A stretch of DNA of 64,000 nt from Octopus sinensis. Taxonomy: Eukaryota. The stretch covers positions 142,166,001-142,230,000 of the forward strand of contig NC_042999.1 in the NCBI RefSeq assembly GCF_006345805.1, given 5' to 3'. Both the position numbers and the translations under genes were made by a program. The notes beneath the pieces were generated by a model that saw nothing but the letters and a program-made list of their open reading frames with translations, was not told where the DNA came from and did not search any database. Below are positions 56,040 to 64,000 of this stretch, in pieces. How positions within the stretch are numbered: the first letter of the stretch is position 1; every line of letters begins with the position of its first letter.

Positions 56040-57300
56040 CTTGGCTCTTGCGGAGACACCGTCTTTAAGCGTTGGACAGACGGATCGGTTAAATTGTTTG
56101 GGATCTCGTTTATTCCAGACCTTCAAGTGGAGAAGAAATTGGACGAGGTGATGAACAGGGTGGTCTATCTCGTATAAAAATGGGTCGAGAGAAAGCTATT
56201 TCTGAAAAAGTCTAGCAGAAGTTGCGAACGTTTACATCACTTGGCTGCCGTGCCTTTTACCAGCTCACTTTTCATCGGACTGGAGCGCCTGTTCTACTCC
56301 TTTCTGTAGAAGGGGCGCGTCTCACTGCTAAGGCGCTTCATGGCAAGCCTAATCCTCTATTCAGTGAAGACTGAGCATACGACAGCTGATGATGCGCAGA
56401 CATACACATCGGCTGCAACGTCTATAGCATTTCCATGACGGTGAGCAGATGTGGACGCCGTTTGTCAGACTCGCATTTTCACAGCTCATCTATCTGATAG
56501 AGTTGCAGTTAGGGATACAGCATGGATTGAGGTAAGGCGGCCTAGCACCTAGAGTACCGTCTGGACCTCATAGCTCTCTACAAGTCAGGCAGTTGGTGGA
56601 AGTTCCACTTTGGCGTTCTTTAAAGGTTTAGTGGAGGACAAGAGCGACAAGGTTGTAAAGGAGAATCAATGAGAATCAATTGATTGGTTTTCCCCAGAAA
56701 ACTTTCTGGCTGGGAGTTATGGATAATTTCCAGAAATCTCTGGTCTGTCAGCGCTACCGGGAGACTCTACATGTATGGAAATGCCTTCAGCCTGCCAGAG
56801 ATGCATGCAAAGCAACGAAATTGTTTTGCGCGTACTCATCTGAATCCCGCGTCGTTTCGAACACGTGCCAGCGGATTCAGCTATCAGCTGAGTGCATTGT
56901 AAATATATCGTCTCGCTGCCTTCCTTTGATCGAGATGGATTGGCAACTTGCAGTTGTGTTATGGCCTTAGCAAAAGAGATATTGAAGTGGACGAAACTGA
57001 AATGTTTGAAGACGGATACTTGTTGAAGCCCTGATCAACCTTTTCAAGTTTCACTTGAAATGGAAAGAGGGAAGAAAGTGCTGCCTTCCAGCGAATTTGT
57101 TGAAAAGCAGGTGAATGTAACAAGGATGACTCGAGTGAACGGGCCTGTTCTGAGCATGTGCCTATACATTTAAGGAGGAGGATAGAAAGGGAGAATTTGC
57201 CCTAGGGTAAGAGTGACTGCAGTTTCGTAGGGTTCCAACGAGCAGGCCTCGTAAGTCTCCCACCTTCGAGGAAGTTTTTTGTTTGAACTGTTTGTTTCTT
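56040..57300 (+). mobile_element. L1/Tx1-like LINE remnant (post-RT region)
   Basis: VKLFGISF...KWVERKL...AEVANVYI...LERLFYSFL*KGRVSLLRR, and DNFQKSL; many stops. Confidence 0.6.
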
Positions 57301-57469
57301 TGTTTCTGCTATTATACTGTTTGCACACTTTAATGTAATCCCATATTGATGCAAGACGAGTGCATTGAATCGTCCTGTATTATCCTCGATCTTTTTGTAA
57401 ACACTCAGTGGTTAATAGAAAAATTATTATTATCACTATTATCATTATTATTATTATTCATATACTCAC

Positions 57470-58320
57470 AATAGATTAGATTGTTGGAAAAGAAAAATTC
57501 CTATCATCGGGCAACAACAATCAACCTTAGATGCCAAGAACTCTCCTAAGTATCCTAGTTGTCCCGAATAACACTGTTTTTTGGAGCTGTACTAAAGTGG
57601 GATTTATGCCTATTTCTTCTATCCATCTGTTCAAATTTTAGGGATAGTTCTTAATGCACCTGTAACTACTGGGATACATTTTATCCGCACTTTCCGTAGT
57701 GTCTGTAATTCAATGGCTAGGTCCTGGTACTTGGCTATTTTTTCTATACCTCTCATATTGATTTTTTTATCATTTGGGACTGTAAAGTCAATTATGTGGC
57801 ACTTTCTATTCTCTTTATCTACTACTAAAAAACAAGCAGTCTAGCTTATTTTACTCTGTCAGTCTGAATGTTAAAGTCCCACAACATCTTATATTTCTTA
57901 CTTTCTAATACCTTACTAGGGTCATGTTCATACCATACATTAGTATGGTCAAATTCTAGCTTTCTATATAACTCTCAGTGGATTACTCTCCCTAGGTTGT
58001 CATGTTTTTTCTTGTGTTCTTTCTGTGCCAGTATGCTACATTCACTTACTATATGAGTAATACTTTCCTCTTTTGATTTGCATAACCTACATTGAGAATC
58101 TACTTGGTTTTTATGTATCTTGGCTTTTTTATCCAATTAGTCCTTAATGCTTGATCTTGTGCTGCTACTAACATATTTCTTGTCTCTCTTTTTAACCTTC
58201 CATTCTGTAACCATAACCATGTCTCACTACTACTACTTGCTGTAACTGTCTTTGGGAAGCCACCATGCAGAGCCTTCTCTTGCCAGTCAGGTAACTTTTG
58301 TTCTTTTTCTAGTTTTTCAT
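57470..58320 (-). mobile_element. R4/Dong-like retrotransposon, 5'-truncated (copy 1)
   Basis: WQEKALHGGF...WLWLQNG.LKRET..LVAAQDQALRTN; C-terminus ...GTTRILRRVLGI*; followed by a (TAA)n-like tail at ~57420-57460. Confidence 0.85.
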
Positions 58321-58367
58321 TATTATTATTGTTATTATTATTATTATTATTATCATCATCATCATCA

Positions 58368-58407
<40 letters not shown>

Positions 58408-58414
58408 TCTTATT

Positions 58415-58445
<31 letters not shown>

Positions 58446-59625
58446 GAAAACTCACAGCTTATTTTGCTGGGTATGACGGAAAGTGTCACCTGTCAATAGC
58501 TAACAGACTAAGGTGGCACTTGCTTACTGGTCATGCTTTAAGAACCCTGCGAAGAATTCTTGCAGTTCCATGCAATGCTGATTTTTGTAGGTGTTCTTAC
58601 CTTCACATTTGCACCGATCTTTTTCAACCATGTTGGTAGTTGAGTGCTGATACTTCAAAGTGCACCAATTACTACTGGTATCACGTCTACTCTCTTCATT
58701 TGACCACAACCTTCGTATTTCCCACTTTAAATCGTTGTAGTTGTTTATTTTCTTCTTCTTTCACATTGATCCTGCTGTCACCGAGGCATGCTATGTCGAT
58801 AATCATACATGTTCTTTCTTTTTTATTCACAACAATGTCCAGTTTCCTATGTCTGGTCAGGTAATCGCACTGGATCATTACATCCCTTAGGATTTTGCAG
58901 TTCTCATTTTCGGTGACTCTTTCTGAGGTTTGTTCATATTTCGTCCTTGCTCTTTATAAGCCGTGATTTCCACAGAGCTCCCAATGGAGCATTCTTACCA
59001 CATTGTCATGGCGTCGTTTGTACTCACGTTGTGCCAATTTCGGGCATTCGCTAACGATGTGCCATACCATTTCACCCCTCTCACTACACATTCTGCATTT
59101 GTCACTCTGTAGTGTTGTCAATACTGCACTTCATATAATTGGTCCTTAATGCTTGTTCCTGAGCTGCGCATATGAGCTTCTGTCTCTATCTTCAGGTCAC
59201 TCCTCCTCATCCATAGCCACCGGTCCTCTGCATCTGTCTTGGCGTTCACATTTCATGCAAACTGACCATACATTTTTTCATTCTATGCTTTTTTTTTTAT
59301 TCATTTCTTGTTTAAATTTTTCTTTAGTTACAGAATTTTCAGTTTTGAACTTTTTATATACCACCCTAAGCTGTTTTCCTCTACTTCGATACAGTCCTGG
59401 TAACTGATCAAACCTCTATCACGCTTTCTTCTGGACAAGTATAGTTTATCGGTGTCACTCTTAGGATGGAAGGCTCCATGTACTGTCAACATTTTTCTGG
59501 TCTTGATATCCATTCTTTTCATTTCTCTCTTTTGTCATTTTATAATTCTCGCTCCATACCGAAATGATGCTATCGCTCACGTATTAACTGCTTGGATTTT
59601 ATTCCATCCAGTCAATTTTATTATT
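58446..59625 (-). mobile_element. R4/Dong-like retrotransposon, 5'-truncated (copy 2)
   Basis: DIKTRKMLT.HGAFHPKSDTDKLYL, CCHC zinc knuckle (CRMC...WHIVSECPK), RKLDIVVNKKERTCMIIDIAC, end GTARILRRVL; flanked by (TAA)n at 58320-58445 and 59625-59685. Confidence 0.88.
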
Positions 59626-59631
59626 ATATTA

Positions 59632-59683
<52 letters not shown>

Positions 59684-59854
59684 TTACTGATAACAGGACG
59701 CAGGATTTGAACTCAGAATGCTGAGAAACGGGATATCCGACACTCTAACGATTCTGACAATTCTGTAACACAGGCTTATGTATCTATCAATCTACCTATC
59801 TATCTATTTATCTATATATAAGTGTGTGTGTATGCACATATATATAAGCATGTA

Positions 59855-59970
<116 letters not shown>

Positions 59971-59983
59971 CTAGCTGCTATTG

Positions 59984-60035
<52 letters not shown>

Positions 60036-60204
60036 TTGTATGTATGTATGTAGAGTGAAAGGAAAGAAATCTTACCGAATGAGACTCTTTTCCATCGTCA
60101 AAGCTTTTGACGGTTGTGGTGGCGATGGTGGTAGTATGATGTTATATTGATAATTTCAGTACAGACGCTGTAGTTGGATGCTATTATTGTCGTTATCATC
60201 ATTC

Positions 60205-60205
60205 C

Positions 60206-60245
<40 letters not shown>

Positions 60246-60425
60246 GTTATCATCATTGCCAATCAGCATGATCATGATCTTCTTCTTCTTCTTCTTCTTC
60301 TTCTTCTTCTTCTTCTTCTTCTTTCTTCTTCTTCTTCTTCTTCTTCTTCTTCTTCTTCTTTTTCTTTTTCTTCTTCTTCTTCTTCTTCTTCTTCTTCTTC
60401 TTCTTCTTCTTCTTCTTCTGCTTCT
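60205..60425. repeat. (ATC)n/(TTC)n trinucleotide microsatellites
   Basis: Directly visible. Confidence 0.97.
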
Positions 60426-62196
60426 TCTTTATTGATTTTTATCCAACACGTGAGCGGGCGTGTGTCTGATTGCACTTTTGTGTCTACGAGCCTCTAGGCG
60501 CGATGGTGTATGTGTGTGTGTGTGTGTTTGTGTGTGTGCGTGTGTATTAACGCTATCACAGAGTTTTCCGAGATTCCATGCTAATATTTTCGACCATTCT
60601 AAGGTCACCTTTATTGGCTCGTTCTACCAGCAAGGTCGTCGCGGTTTTTACAGGATACAATGATGGATAATGGAACCGAAATGAATGAATGAATGAATAA
60701 ATAAATAAATAAATAAATGATGATGATGATGGTGATGATGATGATGATGATGATGATGATTTATGTAAGAAATGGAAGTTGTTACAGAGACAATTGCAGT
60801 TGGTTACTGACAACAAAACTAATTCTATTGCACTTTGCCCGATACCCTGCTATCTCAAACTAAAAATGTGATGTATTTTTCTCTTGGTCTAGAGGGTCCT
60901 AAAGTCTTCATATTTTATAGAAGGCAAAGTGAGGTTGTAGTGTTCATGCCCATCTGAAAGAATATTAGCAGCATCAATGAAGTGAAAAGGCTTTCAATCA
61001 GGATTTGAAACGATGTCGCAATTTCGACTGGCCAGAATCGTATATTTTTCTCCGCGATAGTAGTCACAATAATGATTTCTTATTTTGACATCAGGAGAGA
61101 TATAATCGATTTAATCAACATCAGTTCTTTATTTTTATCTATTTTATCGACTAATTTTAGATGAAAAACAAAGTCGAACTCTGCGGCATTGTCTAGTACT
61201 CCATTCCTACAACAATGACGGCTAATGATTCTGAAACAATTTCTAAAAGTGCAACAATAATTGATGAAAAATAGTTTCTGAAATTAATAGAATGTGCACT
61301 TTACGTAAGTTCCTGTTTTTATATTTGAATTGCCGCGGGTTGTAGCTGGCTGTGTCACCAATGTCGCTATGACGACTGGTTGTTTACTGTGCCGTGGTTG
61401 AATGAGTAGTTGAAAATATGTTTCTTGTCCGCGTGAAAAAGTAACTGAACAACGCGTTGGCCATTTACAGTTAAAAACAGAAATAATTACAGACTAGGAG
61501 AAAGACACTACTCTGAAATTACAGAAAGCTATTGGAACGGCAACATGCGGTTGGCCTGACATAACTGAAATCAGCTACGCAATCTTCGTGGTGACGGAGG
61601 TTCTTGGTTGTTTGTCCTAGGCCGTCTGCGTGAGCCGTCTGCCTGGCAAGAATGGAGACGTATGTCGCTCAGCTGTTCACCATTCTACAAAGAGTTTAGG
61701 TATTTTATAGAGTACAAGAAGAAGATTCTAGAATGTTTTGACACTGATTAGTTGCTTAACAGATAGATCACGTGAAACCACTGTGATCCAGCCGTGGTGT
61801 CTGACCGGTTACCTAGCGGTTTGTGTTTCGACTTACCGCTACATAATGTTTCCTATTCATATCCTTTTAAATGTCAGGCCTCACTTTCGCAAAAGAACTC
61901 TGGTGAAGCACATCTTTAACATAACTAAAACTATATCCTGACGACTGACTCTTCTCTTAATAATGCTCTACAAAGCTCACGTGAAGCCTGTGATAAGCTT
62001 TGTTCTCACATACCGGACACGAATTTTTTCTCACGAGAGTTCCGGACCCCAGTTATGAACTCATTTGCATACAACCAATCAGAGCTCACCTTGAACTTGT
62101 CAAATTAACAAACACACTCTACCAAGTAAACTCGACGAAAAACAGTATTGTAAGTCGACCGATCGCCAAGTTATGCTTGATTTTAGGAGACAAGTA

Positions 62197-62435
62197 TTGG
62201 GTTGGTGCATAATTATTGCAGCTTTTTTTCAGCATAATTTATTCAATAAAATCAATAACAATATTTAACAAAAACATCTTTAAATGACGGTCTGACCGTC
62301 TGCCAAGCAAATGGGAAACAGTAACTGAAGTAGATGGTGAATATGCTCTGGAATAATCATTTAAAGATGCTTTTGTTACATGTTATTATTGTTTTTGTTG
62401 AAAAAAAAAGCCTCAATAATTATGCGCCAACCCAA
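62197..62435 (+). mobile_element. Internally deleted mariner (MITE-like)
   Basis: TA|TTGGGTTGGTGCATAATTATTG...CAATAATTATGCGCCAACCCAA|TA TIRs with a TA TSD; the interior encodes the transposase end DRLPSKWETVTEVDGEY. Confidence 0.92.
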
Positions 62436-63285
62436 TAATTAGATAGATTTGCATTTACACTTATTATCGGGTTTTGTTAGGGCCCCATGTGGTAAAATGA
62501 GGGTAGAGGGTGATGTGCTAGCAACCCTCTCCCTTTACTGTTTAACAAAGTAAACAACACAAATAACTACGCAGAGGTAGCTATGGTTGAAACAAGAACA
62601 AGAACAACAAGCATTATTAACAGAGAAAAGATGCGTGGTCATTCCTTACCCAAGTAAGCTTATCTTATCGCCCATCACTTGTTATGCGCACATAAATTAA
62701 TTTGATAGTTGAGCTCAAATTGGCTGCATGCAAATGAGCTCATAACTGGGATCCCGAACTCTCGTGGGAAAAAAATTCGCATACCGGACGATATCTCTGC
62801 TCAGCACACAGACCGCATCTAGAAAAGTCACCTGACTGATTGGAATAAAATAACTCACTGACACGCCCCAGTCTTTGGTCCACATCAGCGATATCTCTTT
62901 ACTTTCCTACTGCTAATTGCCTCAGCTCCTTGGAGCTGATCGGGCTAATTTTACCTCCACCTAGTTATTCCGTATTATTCGTCTCTCCGCCCACAATCCA
63001 GACCTGCACTAATCCCTAAGCCCAATCCTTCCCTCTCAGGCTGTCGGCCCTCGAGAATTCCCTTCCTGACAAGGTCTTTTCAGTAGGTATTGACTAATAA
63101 AGATTCAAGAGAAACATTAATGGTGACAGTCTCACCGCTCTAGGAAGGATTTCGAAGGCTACGGACAGTATGTATGAATGTATGTATGTATGTATGTATG
63201 TATGTATGTATGTATGTATTATGTATGTGTGTGTTTGTGTGTGTACGTGTGTGTGTGCATAGTTGTCTGTGTGTGCGTGCGTGCT

Positions 63286-63316
<31 letters not shown>

Positions 63317-64000
63317 TCATGTACATGTGCGGGTGTGGGGGGATGTACGTGCATGCATGCGCGCATGTTTATGTATGTATATCTGAGGTCACAAATAGAA
63401 AAGCGAACCTGTGACGCAAAGTTTTGTTCAGAGATGCTTTACTAACAGCCAGGAAAAGGCATAAATATCACAAACTCCAGTTTTTCCTGTCCCTTGAAAT
63501 CAGTCGTACAGATCATCCTGATCAGTCTATTCACCCAATATTGCATGGCGTAAGTATCCATTCTGTTGTGTCTTTGAGTCAAACGAAATCAGCATGATTA
63601 TTTATTCAAGATACGATTGCACTCGAACGTATGGAAACAATATATCAGTCTATAGATTTCTGCATTCTTCATTGACATGCCGCCGGGAAACAAAACGTGT
63701 TTCGAGGTCCTTGAGTTTTGGTGTCATTATTGATCTTCCATACATATAAATTGATCATTTTGATTATCAATTCAACCCGATATTCAGTTGCTAATTATCT
63801 AAATTATTAGGTAGCGACAAATAGTCGATATTTTATGAGATAAACAATAGAAACAGAAAGTCAGTGTATTGCATTGTAACAGCGCAGAATTAGTGAAATA
63901 ATGATAATTAATTCTCATTGGTATGTTTCACCAGAATATTCAACAACATCTGCTATACAGAGTAAATTGTGTCAATTTATGCTGCACGTGTGTATACACG

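Noticed and set aside
55409-56068. N/T/Q-rich ORFs
   Set aside because: Degenerate (CAA/CAG)n and (CAC)n repeats with stops between frames; no splice or domain support.

Overview
AT-rich, microsatellite-dense eukaryotic DNA. The tRNA-derived SINE families and simple-repeat load point to an octopus (coleoid cephalopod) genome; this is an inference from repeat recognition, not a database result. I find no confidently supported host protein-coding exon. The one intact gene is a spliceosomal U2 snRNA (13970-~14158, +). The rest is a transposon graveyard: Helitron, pogo, MULE (FLYWCH), mariner, Chapaev3-like, RTE, Tx1/L1-like, four R4/Dong-like pieces, a solo LTR, many SINEs and a Penelope-like (PLE) RT/GIY-YIG element. 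The most interesting signal is a set of type I hammerhead-ribozyme folds. Two back-to-back ~3 kb elements (25430-28895, 28962-31990) each have inverted terminal arms carrying outward-reading hammerheads with an unusual CUGAAGA-U...U-GAAA core, and they converge on one (TA)n tract. A third, minimal hammerhead lies at the 3' end of the coding PLE (42832-42869). The window also has several foldback structures, one with telomere-like repeats next to U2 and one containing an inverted copy of nearby DNA. All alignments and folds were done by eye; element boundaries are approximate unless a TSD or TIR is quoted.
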